This document shows, piece by piece, positions 30,262 through 40,139 of a stretch of DNA of 64,000 nucleotides. Position numbers and translations under genes: made by a program. Source of the stretch: Pirellulales bacterium (GTDB lineage: Bacteria > Planctomycetota > Planctomycetia > Pirellulales > JAICIG01); contig JBBDYJ010000040.1 in NCBI GenBank assembly GCA_040901675.1, positions 1 through 64,000 of the forward strand. Direction: 5' to 3'. How positions within the stretch are numbered: the stretch's first letter is position 1; each line of letters starts with the position of its first letter. A model generated the notes under the pieces. The model ran no database searches and was not told the DNA's origin. It worked only from the letters and a program-made list of their open reading frames with translations.

Positions 30262-32568
30262 ATGAAGCGATTCATCGCGGCCGCCTTGGCGATTGCCAGT
30301 GCGCTTGCCGCTCACCAGGCTTGGGCACAGGCGCCCGCCGTCAGCGACACCGTTCCCTCGGCGGCCGTGCCTGGACAGCCGACCGACATCGCCTTGGTCG
30401 GCGGCAACCTGGCCGGTGCCACCGGAGTGTGGACCAACATGCCCTCGGCCGCCATCGAACTGACGCCGGGCATCGAGGGCAATGGCACCAAGGCCGACAC
30501 CGTGTCGTATCGGGTATCGCTGCCGCCCGAAGCGCCTCTCGGCATCTACGGCCTGCGGCTGGCCACGGGCCAAGGCATCTCCGGCCTTCGGCTGTGGATG
30601 ATCGACGATCTGCCCAGCATCCAGGACAGCGGCGCTAACAAGACGGTCGAAACGGCCCAGGAGCTTTCGCTGCCCATCGCGGTGGACGGGGCCTGCGAGG
30701 CCGAGAGCTACGACTTCTACAAGATCAATGCAACCGCCGGACAGCGGCTGAGCGTGGAGGCGGTGGCCAGGCGGCTGGGTTCGGCCCTCGATCCGGTGAT
30801 CCGGCTCTTGGATGCGGCGGGCCGCGAGCTGGCGTACAGCGACGATGAAGCGGGGCTCGGCGCCGACAGCCGCTTCGTTCACGTGTTTGCCGAGGGAGGC
30901 ACGTACTTCATCGAGATTCGCGACATCCGCTACCAGGGTGGCGCCAACTATCGCTACCGGCTGCGATTGGGCGATTTCCCGTTGCCGACCGCTCCGTTTC
31001 CGATGGGGGGCCGGTTGGGCACATCGCCCAAGCTGACGATTACCGGGCCGGCGGTCGAGTCGCTCGCCGCGATCACGGTGGCGATTCCGGCATCGGTGCC
31101 GGGAGGGCGCCTGCCGCTGGCCGTCAAGTATCCCGATGGGCAGGGATCGGCGATGCTCTCGCTGGTGGTCTCGCCGTTGGCCGAACAAGTCGAGTTTGAA
31201 CCAAACGACGCGCCTGAGTCGGCTTCGACGATCGCCGTACCGGGAGCGGTCAACGGCCGTTTCGAGACAGCCAAGGACCGCGACTACTATGCGATTCAAG
31301 GGAAGGCGGGCCAGCGATTCTGGCTGCGGGGCCGCACGCGCAGCCTCGGCTCGCCCAGCGACCTGTTCCTGCGGTTGTATAAGGCCGACGGCGCCATGGT
31401 GGCCGAGGCGGAAGATGCAGGGACCGACGACGGGCTGATCGATTACACGTTTCCCGAGGACGGCGTGTACCGTCTGATGGTCGAGGACCTGAATCGACGC
31501 GGCGGGCCGGAGCACGTGTACCGGATCGAAGCCGAGGCTTACCGGCCGGGATTCACACTGGCGGTCGAGGCGGACAAGTTCGACGCGCCCAAGGCCGGCG
31601 TCTTCGTAGTCAAGGTGACCAGCGCCCGCCGCGATTACAACGGCCCGATCACGCTGGGCCTGGAAGGCGCGGGCGAGGGATTTACGTTGGCCAACAGTAC
31701 GTTGGCGAACAATGTCATCGCCGAGGGGCAGAACGAAGTCGTGATGAACGTTACGCTGCCGTCCGCACTCGAACCGGGCCAATGGTTGACGATGCAGGTG
31801 GTCGGCCGGGCAAAGATCGGCGAGGTGGAGTTTGCCGCTCGGGCCAGCACGCTCACGCCATTGCGGGCCGCCTTCAACGGCCTGGCTTACCCGCCCGCCG
31901 AGCTGGATGGATCGATTGGTCTGGGCGTTTCTCCCGTATTCCCCGATTTCTTCCAGTTGGCCGTCGATCCGGTGGCATTTCCGCAGATCGCCGGCACCGC
32001 CACGTTTTTAGTCAAGGCCACCAAGCTCAACGGTTTTGACGATCCGATCGCCTTGACCGTCGACTCGCTGCCGCCGGGCGTCACGGCCACCGTGGCGCCG
32101 ATCGAGAAGGGCAAGGCCGAAGTGGCGGTGCAGTTGACCGGCCCCGGCTCGCTGGCCGAGGCGGAGTACCCATTCCGCGTGACCGGGTCGGCCACGTTCC
32201 AGAACCAGCCGCGGCAGGTGGCGCTGCCGGCCGCGGTGCTGCGGGTGGTCAAGCCGATCGAGGTGGCTGTCGCGCCGGCGGGAGCGGTGGCTCGCGGCGC
32301 CGCCCAAAAGGTGAAGATCGTGCTCACGCGCAACCCGGCCGCCGCCGGCGCGGTGACGATCGCCTTCAAGGATCTGCCTGCTGGGCTGACGGTCCCCGCC
32401 GAAATCACTATCGCCGAGGGGCAGAACGAAGTCGAGATCGACCTGGCAGCGGCGGTCGACGCGGCGGTCGGGCCGGCTGGGCTGACCGTGGTCGCCACCA
32501 CCAAGATCAACGACAAACCGTTTACCGTCGAAAGCCCGCAAGTGGCATTCGAGATCAGCATGCCTTAA
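30262..32568 (+). CDS. Secreted PPC (pre-peptidase C-terminal) repeat protein
   Basis: Signal peptide; ARRLGSALDPVIRL, IRDIRYQGG...YRLRLG, EFEPND and DRDYY. Confidence 0.8.
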   Translation: MKRFIAAALAIASALAAHQAWAQAPAVSDTVPSAAVPGQPTDIALVGGNLAGATGVWTNMPSAAIELTPGIEGNGTKADTVSYRVSLPPEAPLGIYGLRLATGQGISGLRLWMIDDLPSIQDSGANKTVETAQELSLPIAVDGACEAESYDFYKINATAGQRLSVEAVARRLGSALDPVIRLLDAAGRELAYSDDEAGLGADSRFVHVFAEGGTYFIEIRDIRYQGGANYRYRLRLGDFPLPTAPFPMGGRLGTSPKLTITGPAVESLAAITVAIPASVPGGRLPLAVKYPDGQGSAMLSLVVSPLAEQVEFEPNDAPESASTIAVPGAVNGRFETAKDRDYYAIQGKAGQRFWLRGRTRSLGSPSDLFLRLYKADGAMVAEAEDAGTDDGLIDYTFPEDGVYRLMVEDLNRRGGPEHVYRIEAEAYRPGFTLAVEADKFDAPKAGVFVVKVTSARRDYNGPITLGLEGAGEGFTLANSTLANNVIAEGQNEVVMNVTLPSALEPGQWLTMQVVGRAKIGEVEFAARASTLTPLRAAFNGLAYPPAELDGSIGLGVSPVFPDFFQLAVDPVAFPQIAGTATFLVKATKLNGFDDPIALTVDSLPPGVTATVAPIEKGKAEVAVQLTGPGSLAEAEYPFRVTGSATFQNQPRQVALPAAVLRVVKPIEVAVAPAGAVARGAAQKVKIVLTRNPAAAGAVTIAFKDLPAGLTVPAEITIAEGQNEVEIDLAAAVDAAVGPAGLTVVATTKINDKPFTVESPQVAFEISMP

Positions 32569-32634
32569 AACATCCACTTACAGCGTTGCGATCGCGCGCG
32601 GGACACCCGCGCGGCTCAAAGCAAGGGAGAAGCA

Positions 32635-35169
32635 ATGCGGCTGTTCATCCACGAGCCCTGCCGTAAGTTGGGACCAGCGGGCCGGCGGGCCGTAAGCTGG
32701 ACCCTGTTGGCGGTTTTCTCGGCGGCCTTTCCAGCTCTGGGGCTGCCGGCGGCACACGCCGAGGAGGCCCAAGATGCCGGAGATCCGGCTCTGGAGCCGA
32801 TCGTCATCGGCACGCCGGAGCGGATCGAGGTCTACCCGACCGAGTTCAAGCTGGAGTCGGCCCGAGCGCGGATGCACCTGGTGGTCAGCGGTCATTACGC
32901 CGGCGGCGGCGTGCAGGACCTGACGCGGGCGGCCGAGCTGGTCTCGACGAACGAAGCGGTCCTCAAGGTGGCCGGCGGTCTGGCGACCGGGGTGGCCGAT
33001 GGCAGCGCCGACGTGCTGGTGCGCGTGGGTGGGCAGGAGCTCCGTGTGCCGGTCCAGGTGAGCAACCAGCAGGTTGCCGAGCGGGTGAGCTTCAACTACG
33101 GCACGCTGGTGGCGCTATCGAAGCAGGGGTGCAACTCGGGCGCGTGTCACGGCTCGCCCAGCGGCAAGGCCGGCTTTCGCCTCTCGTTGCGGGCCTACGA
33201 TCCGGCGCTCGACACGCTGACGCTGATCCGCGAGTCGTACAACCGCCGTACCAACAGCTTCGAGCCCGAGAAGAGCCTGCTGTTGCGCAAGCCGCTGATG
33301 CAGATCGCACACGGCGGCGGGCGGCGGCTGCGCACGACCGACCCGGCCTACGAGATCCTGCACGACTGGATCCAGCAGGGCTGCCAGTTGGACCCGCCCG
33401 ACGCGCCCACCTGCGTCCGTGTCGACGTCTACCCGCGGCAGCGGATCCTGCACCGCCCGGCCCACACGCAGCAACTGCACGTGCTGGCCAGCTTCTCCGA
33501 CGGTTCGGTCCGCGACATCACCCAACTGGCGGCGTTCTCCAGCTCCGACGAGGCGGTGGCCACCGTCGACGAAAACGGCCTCGTGGTCGGCCACGACCGG
33601 GGAGAGGCGGCCATCCTGGTCCGTTACCTGGAGAAGATCGAAACGGCCTACGTCATGTTCCTGAAGGACATCGAGGGGTTCCAGTGGAACGATCCGCCGG
33701 AAAACAACTACATCGACCGGTTCGTGTTCGAGAAGCTGCAGCAGTTGCAGATTCTCCCTTCCGAGCTGTGCAGCGACGAAGAGTTCGTCCGCCGCGTGTA
33801 CCTCGACGTGATCGGCGTCCTGCCCACGGTCGCCGAAGTCGCGGCCTTCCTGGGCGACCAGGATCCAAACAAGCGGGCCGGGCTGGTCGACGCGCTGTTG
33901 GAGCGGCCGGAGTACGCCGATTATTGGACTTTGAAGTGGGGAGACCTGCTGCGGCTGCGCAACAACAAAGTGACCCCGGCCGGCGTGCCCAAGTTTCACC
34001 GCTGGCTCACGACGGCGCTGCGCGACAACATGCCCTACGACCAATTCGCCCGCGAGCTGTTGACGGCCGACGGCAGCACGTTCAGCAATCCGCCGGCCAA
34101 TTATTTCCGCACGGCGGCCGACACCAACGACTGCACGGAAACGACCTCGCAATTGTTCCTGGGCATCCGCATCCAGTGCGCCAAATGCCACAACCATCCA
34201 TTCGAACGCTGGACGCAGGACAACTACTACGGCATCGGCGCTTTCTTCAACCGCGTGCAGCGCAAGGCCAGCGCGCGGCCCGACGAGCTGGTGGTCTACG
34301 TGGCCCGCGCGGGCGAAGTGACCCAGCCGCGGACCGGCCAGCAGATGAAACCCTGGCTGCCGCTCACCGGCGACGCCGAGCTGCCGGGCGAAGGCGACCG
34401 CCGCCAGGTTTTCGTGGATTGGCTGGTGCAGCCCGACAACCCGTTCTTCGCCAAGGTGGAAGTCAACCGCATCTGGGGGCACCTGATAGGCCGCGGCATC
34501 GTGGAGCCGGTCGACGACTTCCGCGATTCGAACCCGCCGTCGAGCGCAGCGCTGCTCGATGCGCTGGCGCGCGACTTCGTCGAGCACGGCTTCGACCGCA
34601 AGCACGTGCTGCGGGCCATTCTGAACAGCCGCACCTACCAGTTGAGCTCGAGGAAGAACGAGTTCAACAAGAACGACGTCAAGTATTTCTCGCACTCCCG
34701 CACTCGGCTGCTCTCCGCCGAGCAGTTGCTCGACGCCATCTGCCAGGTAACCGGCGTGCCGGAGAAGTATGCCGGGCTGCCCGCCGGCACGCGGGCCACT
34801 CAGTTGCCCAGCCCCGACGTCGACAATTATTTCCTCAAGGTCTTCGGCCAGCCGGCACGTGAAACCGCCTGCCAATGCGAGCGGTCGAACGAATCGAACC
34901 TCTCGCAGGCCTTGCAGATGATCAACGGCCCGCTGGTCCACTCCAAGGTCCGGGATGAGAACAACCGGCTGCGGCAGCTCCTGGCGCAGGGCAAGACCAA
35001 CGAGGAAATCATCACCGAGCTCTACCTGGCCGCCTTTGCCCGCCGGCCCGGCGAGCCCGAAATGGCCGCCGCCGTGAATCACATCGCGGCCAGCGGCGAC
35101 CAGGTTCGCGGCCTGGAGGACGTGCTGTGGGCCCTGCTGAACGCCAACGAGTTTTTATTCCAACATTGA
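32635..35169 (+). CDS. DUF1549/DUF1553 protein with Ig-like (Big_2) domains
   Basis: GCNSGACHG, NYIDRFV, FVRRVYLD, IQCAKCHNHPF, NRIWGHLIGRGIVEPVDD, CQCER and EFLFQH. Confidence 0.9.
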   Translation: MRLFIHEPCRKLGPAGRRAVSWTLLAVFSAAFPALGLPAAHAEEAQDAGDPALEPIVIGTPERIEVYPTEFKLESARARMHLVVSGHYAGGGVQDLTRAAELVSTNEAVLKVAGGLATGVADGSADVLVRVGGQELRVPVQVSNQQVAERVSFNYGTLVALSKQGCNSGACHGSPSGKAGFRLSLRAYDPALDTLTLIRESYNRRTNSFEPEKSLLLRKPLMQIAHGGGRRLRTTDPAYEILHDWIQQGCQLDPPDAPTCVRVDVYPRQRILHRPAHTQQLHVLASFSDGSVRDITQLAAFSSSDEAVATVDENGLVVGHDRGEAAILVRYLEKIETAYVMFLKDIEGFQWNDPPENNYIDRFVFEKLQQLQILPSELCSDEEFVRRVYLDVIGVLPTVAEVAAFLGDQDPNKRAGLVDALLERPEYADYWTLKWGDLLRLRNNKVTPAGVPKFHRWLTTALRDNMPYDQFARELLTADGSTFSNPPANYFRTAADTNDCTETTSQLFLGIRIQCAKCHNHPFERWTQDNYYGIGAFFNRVQRKASARPDELVVYVARAGEVTQPRTGQQMKPWLPLTGDAELPGEGDRRQVFVDWLVQPDNPFFAKVEVNRIWGHLIGRGIVEPVDDFRDSNPPSSAALLDALARDFVEHGFDRKHVLRAILNSRTYQLSSRKNEFNKNDVKYFSHSRTRLLSAEQLLDAICQVTGVPEKYAGLPAGTRATQLPSPDVDNYFLKVFGQPARETACQCERSNESNLSQALQMINGPLVHSKVRDENNRLRQLLAQGKTNEEIITELYLAAFARRPGEPEMAAAVNHIAASGDQVRGLEDVLWALLNANEFLFQH

Positions 35170-35198
35170 TCGACTTTTCGCCCAAGGTGAATTTCCCC

Positions 35199-36704
35199 AT
35201 GCGTTCGACGATTCGATCGGTGCCTGTCATGATTCTGGCGCGAGCGGCGATTGTGCTGGCCGTATCCGTGCCGGCCGCGCGCCTGGCCGCAGAGGAGCAG
35301 CCGGCGGCCGAACAAGAGCAACCAGCGGCGGCCGAGGAACAACCCGCGGCCGAAGCAGAGCAACCGCCCGAAGCGGAGCAGCCCGCGGCGCCGGAGCCCG
35401 TCAGCTTTGCCAAGCACGTCGCGCCGATCCTGGTGAAAAACTGCCTGGGCTGCCACGGTCAGAGCGAACCGAAGGGAGAATTCCAGCTCCACAACTTTGC
35501 TTCGCTGATGAAGGCCGGCGCTTCCACTCTGGCCTCGGTCACGCCGGGCGATCCGGACGACAGCGAGCTCGTGCGGCTGGTCAGCTCCGAGGATGAAGCA
35601 GAACGAATGCCCAAGGAGGGCGATCCGCTGCTGCCCGAGGAGGTCGAGCTCGTCAAGCGCTGGGTGGCCGAGGGGGCGGCCTTCGACGGCGATCAGCAGG
35701 CCACGCTGGCCTCGATCATTCCCAAGCAGCCGCATCCGGCGGCGCCCGAGGCCTACCACCGCACGATCGCCGTGACGGCGCTCGCCTTCCGGCCTGACGG
35801 CCAGGAGCTGGCCGTGGGCGGCTACCACGAGATCACGATCTGGAACCCCGCCACCGGCGAGCTCGTGCGGCGGATCGGCAGCGTCGACCAGCGGACCTAC
35901 GGCCTGGCCTACAACAGCGACGGCACGCTGCTGGCGGCGGCCAGCGGCACGCCCGGCATCTCGGGCGAGGTGAAATTGTTCGATCCCAGCCAGGGGACCG
36001 TGGTCAACGACCTGGCCACCCTGTCCGACGTGGCCTTTGACGTGGAATTCAACCCGGCCGGCACGAAGCTGGCGGCTTGCTCGGCCGACCGCTCGATCCG
36101 CATCTTCGACGTGGCCAGCGGCGCCCAGGAGCGGCTGATCGAGGACCACGCCGACTGGGTGATGGGCGTGGCCTGGAACCACGATGGCACGCGGCTGGCT
36201 TCCGCGAGCCGCGACAAGACGTCGAAGCTGTTCGACGGGGCCACCGGCGACTCGCTGGCCACGTATCCGGGCCATGGCGAGGCGGTCTACGCGGCGGCCT
36301 TCAGCGCCGACGGCAACCAGGTGCTGACGGGCGGCGGCAACAAGACGATTCACGTCTGGAACCCGGCCGACGGCAACAAGATCGCCGAGATCGGCGGCTA
36401 CGGCGGCGACATCTACAAGGTGCTCGTCCGCGCAGGGATGATTTTTAGCTGTTCGGGCGACAAGACATTGCGGCAGCACAACGAAGGCGACCGGGCCCAG
36501 GTCCGCAGCTTCGAAGGCCATGCCGACTGGATCTATTCGCTCTCGCACAACGAGACGACGCGGCGCCTGGCCACCGGCAGCTTCGACGGCGAGGTCCGCA
36601 TCTGGAACATCGACGACGGCGCCACCGTCGTGGCCTTCAAGGCCGCCCCCGGCCTCCCCGCGCCCGCGGCAGCCGCCGTTCCCGCCACCGCCGCCACCCA
36701 GTGA
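35199..36704 (+). CDS. Planctomycete cytochrome c + WD40-repeat protein
   Basis: VSFAKHVAPILVKNCLGCHG, MPKEG and WVAEGA; WD40 repeats (HADWV, SRDKT, GSFDGEVRIWN). Confidence 0.88.
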   Translation: MRSTIRSVPVMILARAAIVLAVSVPAARLAAEEQPAAEQEQPAAAEEQPAAEAEQPPEAEQPAAPEPVSFAKHVAPILVKNCLGCHGQSEPKGEFQLHNFASLMKAGASTLASVTPGDPDDSELVRLVSSEDEAERMPKEGDPLLPEEVELVKRWVAEGAAFDGDQQATLASIIPKQPHPAAPEAYHRTIAVTALAFRPDGQELAVGGYHEITIWNPATGELVRRIGSVDQRTYGLAYNSDGTLLAAASGTPGISGEVKLFDPSQGTVVNDLATLSDVAFDVEFNPAGTKLAACSADRSIRIFDVASGAQERLIEDHADWVMGVAWNHDGTRLASASRDKTSKLFDGATGDSLATYPGHGEAVYAAAFSADGNQVLTGGGNKTIHVWNPADGNKIAEIGGYGGDIYKVLVRAGMIFSCSGDKTLRQHNEGDRAQVRSFEGHADWIYSLSHNETTRRLATGSFDGEVRIWNIDDGATVVAFKAAPGLPAPAAAAVPATAATQ

Positions 36705-36777
36705 TTAGGAGGGGAGAAGGAAAAGCAGACGAAATCCACCTTCGGACCTGCGGCAGGGACAGCAATTCGATGGGCGG

Positions 36778-36834
36778 TCAAATCGTCTCGACCGTGAGGT
36801 CTGGAAAGCGGCTCAACTTTGCATCATTGGTCAA
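36778..36834 (-). pseudogene. C-terminal remnant of a PIN/VapC toxin
   Basis: LTNDAKLSRFPDLTVETI* overlapping the stop of the upstream small ORF. Confidence 0.65.
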
Positions 36835-37082
36835 GAGTCCTCGCGAAAGCCCTGCCGTTCCTCCTCGATTTCTTCACTGGTCCGGAATGGTCCTCCCACT
36901 GCCTCCAGTTCGGCCCTGGCACGCTGCAACTGTTGCCACCAGTCGTCCTCGGCGGGCACAGGCACGGACAAAGGACGCAACACTACTTCGATAGGACCAG
37001 CGGGCAGGTTCGGACGGCTGTCCAATTGAATACTGCCATCTGGCCTCAACATTCCGTGCACCACAACTTGACTCGGTTTCAT
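36831..37082 (-). CDS. Putative antitoxin (small hypothetical protein)
   Basis: AAGGA RBS; VHGMLRPDGSIQLDSRPNLPAGPIEVVL...RTSEEIEEER resembles antitoxins found before PIN genes. Confidence 0.6.
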   Translation of the reverse strand: MKPSQVVVHGMLRPDGSIQLDSRPNLPAGPIEVVLRPLSVPVPAEDDWWQQLQRARAELEAVGGPFRTSEEIEEERQGFREDS

Positions 37083-37129
37083 GCTGGCCATTTCCTTTGC
37101 AAAGACATTGTGTCGCCGTTCTTATTATA

Positions 37130-37299
37130 TCGAAGGCCACGCCGACTGGATCTATTCGCTTTCGTACAACGAGCCGACGCGGCGCCTGGCCACCGGCAGC
37201 TTCGACGGCGAGCGGGCACGGGGAGGCCTTGAAGGCCACGACGGTGGCACCGTCGTCGATGTTGCGCGGCGGCGGTGGCGGGATCCGCGGCTGCCGGGC
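37130..37299. pseudogene. Scrambled duplicate of the WD40 gene 3' end
   Basis: 37130-37212 is a direct copy of 36511-36593; 37213-37263 and ~37268-37299 are inverted copies of ~36606-36666 and ~36662-36695. Confidence 0.8.
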
Positions 37300-37318
37300 A
37301 ATAACCGTATCTACGGCT

Positions 37319-38158
37319 TCAGACGTGGGCGGCCGGTTGTTCTTGGCCTTGCTCCGCCTGCGGTGGACGCGCCGATTGTTCGAGCACTTCCCAGGCGAGC
37401 TGCCGGTAATCGTCGGCGCCGTGCGAAGCGGGCGCGTACTGAAAGATCGACTGCCCAAAGCTGGGCGCCTCGGCCAGGCGGATGTTGCGGCGGATGTGCG
37501 CTTCGAACGAGCGGGCCTGGGCCCAGGGAGTCCGCTCGCCGCGGCAACTGCTGAAGTACAGCTCCACGTCGCGGCTGATTTCCGCCGCCAGCCGGGTGCC
37601 CGACTCGAACATGCACAGCACCACGCCGCTGAGCCTCAGCCGCGGGTTCAGCCGCCGGGCCACCACGTCGATCGTGTCCAGCAGCTTGCTCAAGCCGTGC
37701 AAGGCCAGGAAGTGCGGCTGCAGCGGAATGAACACTTCATCCACGGCCGCCAGCGCATTGAGCGTCAGGATGCCCAGCGAGGGTGGGCAGTCGACGATCA
37801 CGAAATCGAACGGACGCGGATCCTCGCCCAGCTTGTCGCGGAGGATCAGCTCGCGGCCCACCACGCCGGCCAGCTCGACCTCGACGGCGGCCAGGTCGAT
37901 GTGCGAGCCGACCACCCACAAGTTGTCTGCCGCTTGCCGCCGCACGTCGTCCAGCGACGCCTGGCCGCAGAGCACTTCGTAGATCGAGGGCTCGTGGCTG
38001 CCGGGCTCGACCCCCAAGTGCAGCGTGGCATGTGCCTGCGGGTCCAGGTCCACCAGGCAGACCTGGCGGCCGACCGCGGCCAGGGCCGCACTGAGATTGA
38101 CGGCCGTCGTGGTCTTGCCCACGCCCCCTTTTTGATTGATGATTGCAATCGTGCGCAT
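37319..38158 (-). CDS. parA: ParA/Soj family ATPase
   Basis: NQKGGVGKTT, DLDPQ, DCPPSLG and IRLAEAPSFG. Confidence 0.9.
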   Translation of the reverse strand: MRTIAIINQKGGVGKTTTAVNLSAALAAVGRQVCLVDLDPQAHATLHLGVEPGSHEPSIYEVLCGQASLDDVRRQAADNLWVVGSHIDLAAVEVELAGVVGRELILRDKLGEDPRPFDFVIVDCPPSLGILTLNALAAVDEVFIPLQPHFLALHGLSKLLDTIDVVARRLNPRLRLSGVVLCMFESGTRLAAEISRDVELYFSSCRGERTPWAQARSFEAHIRRNIRLAEAPSFGQSIFQYAPASHGADDYRQLAWEVLEQSARPPQAEQGQEQPAAHV

Positions 38159-38350
38159 CGGAACTCCGTTTGCTTGGCAGACTGCTGGTTGACGGCGCAG
38201 CCACGCCGGACAGGGACGGGGATTATAGAAAGGTCCGCCGGGGGGGCCTAGATCAGCAGGGGGCTGAAATCGGCGGTCTTGCTGGGGGGTCTCGGCCGGG
38301 CGGGACCGCCCCAGGCCGCGAAACCGGCGAGTTCTTTGGAGGGTGGCGTA

Positions 38351-39163
38351 ATGCGGGTCATCGTAGAGCAGGACCGTGAGGGGGTCAGCCGTCGGGCGGC
38401 CGACTTCGTGGCGCGGCTGGTGCGGCGGCGTCCGACGTGCGTGCTGGGCCTGGCGACCGGCGAAACGCCGCTGGGGATGTACCGCGAGCTGATTCGGATG
38501 CGCGCCGAGGAGGGGCTCGACTTTTCCCGCGTGGTGACGTTCAACCTCGACGAGTACGTGGGGCTGGGTCCGGGCCATCCGCAGAGTTACCGGTACTTCA
38601 TGCAGCAGAACCTGTTCGACCACGTCAACATCGACCAGCGCAACACGCACGTGCCCGACGGGCGCGCGCTCGACTTCGAGGCCTACTGCGAACGCTACGA
38701 GGAGATGATCCGGGAGGAAGGGGGCATTGATTTGCAGGTGTTGGGCATCGGCAGCGACGGCCACATCGCCTTCAACGAGCCGGGCTCCTCGTTGGGCAGC
38801 CGGACCCGCCTGAAGACGCTGACGGCCGAGACCATCCGCGACAACGCGCGTTTCTTCGGCAGCCCGGCCGAGGTGCCCCGCCTGGCGATCACGATGGGCG
38901 TGGGCACGATCCTGGAGTCGCGGCGCTGCCTGCTGTTGGCCGCCGGCCAGTCGAAGGCCGAAGCGATCCGCGACACGATCGAAGGTCCCGTGACCGCGCA
39001 GGTGACCGCCTCGGCCTTGCAACTGCACCGCGAGGTGGTGGCGATCATCGACGTCGAGGCGGCCCGGCTGCTGAAGCGGAAGGACTATTATCTCGAGGTC
39101 GAGCGGGCCCAGGCCAGCCTGGAGGCCGGCGAGCTCTCCTCGCTGTTGCCTTCGCAGCAGTGA
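38351..39163 (+). CDS. nagB: Glucosamine-6-phosphate deaminase
   Basis: LGLATGETP, FNLDEYVGL, LGIGSDGHIAFNEPGSS and ASALQLH. Confidence 0.95.
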   Translation: MRVIVEQDREGVSRRAADFVARLVRRRPTCVLGLATGETPLGMYRELIRMRAEEGLDFSRVVTFNLDEYVGLGPGHPQSYRYFMQQNLFDHVNIDQRNTHVPDGRALDFEAYCERYEEMIREEGGIDLQVLGIGSDGHIAFNEPGSSLGSRTRLKTLTAETIRDNARFFGSPAEVPRLAITMGVGTILESRRCLLLAAGQSKAEAIRDTIEGPVTAQVTASALQLHREVVAIIDVEAARLLKRKDYYLEVERAQASLEAGELSSLLPSQQ

Positions 39164-39388
39164 AGGGCATTGGTCCCGTGTCAACTCTTGCAGCAAGAAG
39201 CGAACGCGTCGGGATTGTTGCGACGGCCACTTTACAGAGCGGCGCTCCGGCAGGAGCCGACCACCCGCATCACGTGGGGGAACGTCGCCCGGTAGTGGTC
39301 CAACTAGCTATACTGTCATCGCGGTAATTCGTTACTATTGCGACGGTTAGCGCCGATCAAAGGCGCGAGTTCCGGAGGGAGGAAAGCT

Positions 39389-39970
39389 ATGGATGCTCCA
39401 TGTGTCAAAACAGATCTAGTGTCCCGCATGCTGCTGCTGCTGGGTATTCCTTTTCAGCGGTGTCACGCCTTCTTTCCATTGCCACCCAGCGAACTCCACC
39501 GCCGGCTCGACGCTTATGTTCACTTAACGCGGGGTGGTTGGAGACGCCCGCTCTGGCATGAAGGCGCGAAGCCCTACACAGGCATCATATGCGACGATGG
39601 GCTCGTCATGGTCAACGCCTACCAGCACAACGCGTATAGGCCCGTTCTCCGCGCCCGGTTCGTGGAAGCTGCGAATGGAACAAGGGTTATGTTCACAATT
39701 GCCATTGCTCCGGTAATGGCAGCAATCATGCTTGCTATATTACTTGGTCTTCTCTTTCTTGTGGTCTGGCATTACATGGTTGTGCCTTCGCCATCAGCCG
39801 GTCGTGCGATGGTCGTCATGCTGTTGCTCATTTTCATCATGTTCCATTACGGCATGCACTTTGGACCATTTATGTTCTACAAGCGTCGCCTTCTACGGTT
39901 CGTGTGCGACCGCTGGTCCCAACCTGACGCGATGGATGGCCCGGAACATCGCCCACCAGCGGGGCCATGA
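39389..39970 (+). CDS. Hypothetical membrane protein (2 TM)
   Basis: GGAGG RBS; two long hydrophobic segments; codon usage less GC-rich than flanking genes. Confidence 0.6.
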   Translation: MDAPCVKTDLVSRMLLLLGIPFQRCHAFFPLPPSELHRRLDAYVHLTRGGWRRPLWHEGAKPYTGIICDDGLVMVNAYQHNAYRPVLRARFVEAANGTRVMFTIAIAPVMAAIMLAILLGLLFLVVWHYMVVPSPSAGRAMVVMLLLIFIMFHYGMHFGPFMFYKRRLLRFVCDRWSQPDAMDGPEHRPPAGP

Positions 39971-40139
39971 GGTCCGGAAGTTCGTGACCGCTGTCTTTGA
40001 CCTGGTGCCGCTGCCGGAGGACGCCACGGAGGCGGAGCCCGCCAAAGGGCGGCATCACCAGCGACGAACTGACCGTCTGCCTCGGGGGCTTCATCGAGTT
40101 TGGCATTAACCTGAAAGGCAGCAAATCGGGGAATCCGTA

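Noticed and set aside
38159..39196. N-terminal extension of ParA (625-aa ORF)
   Set aside because: It is antisense to nagB; the Walker A position fixes the start at 38158.
39297..39352. Integron attC site (GTCCAAC...GTTAGCG)
   Set aside because: The L boxes do not pair convincingly, and there is no second site or integrase.
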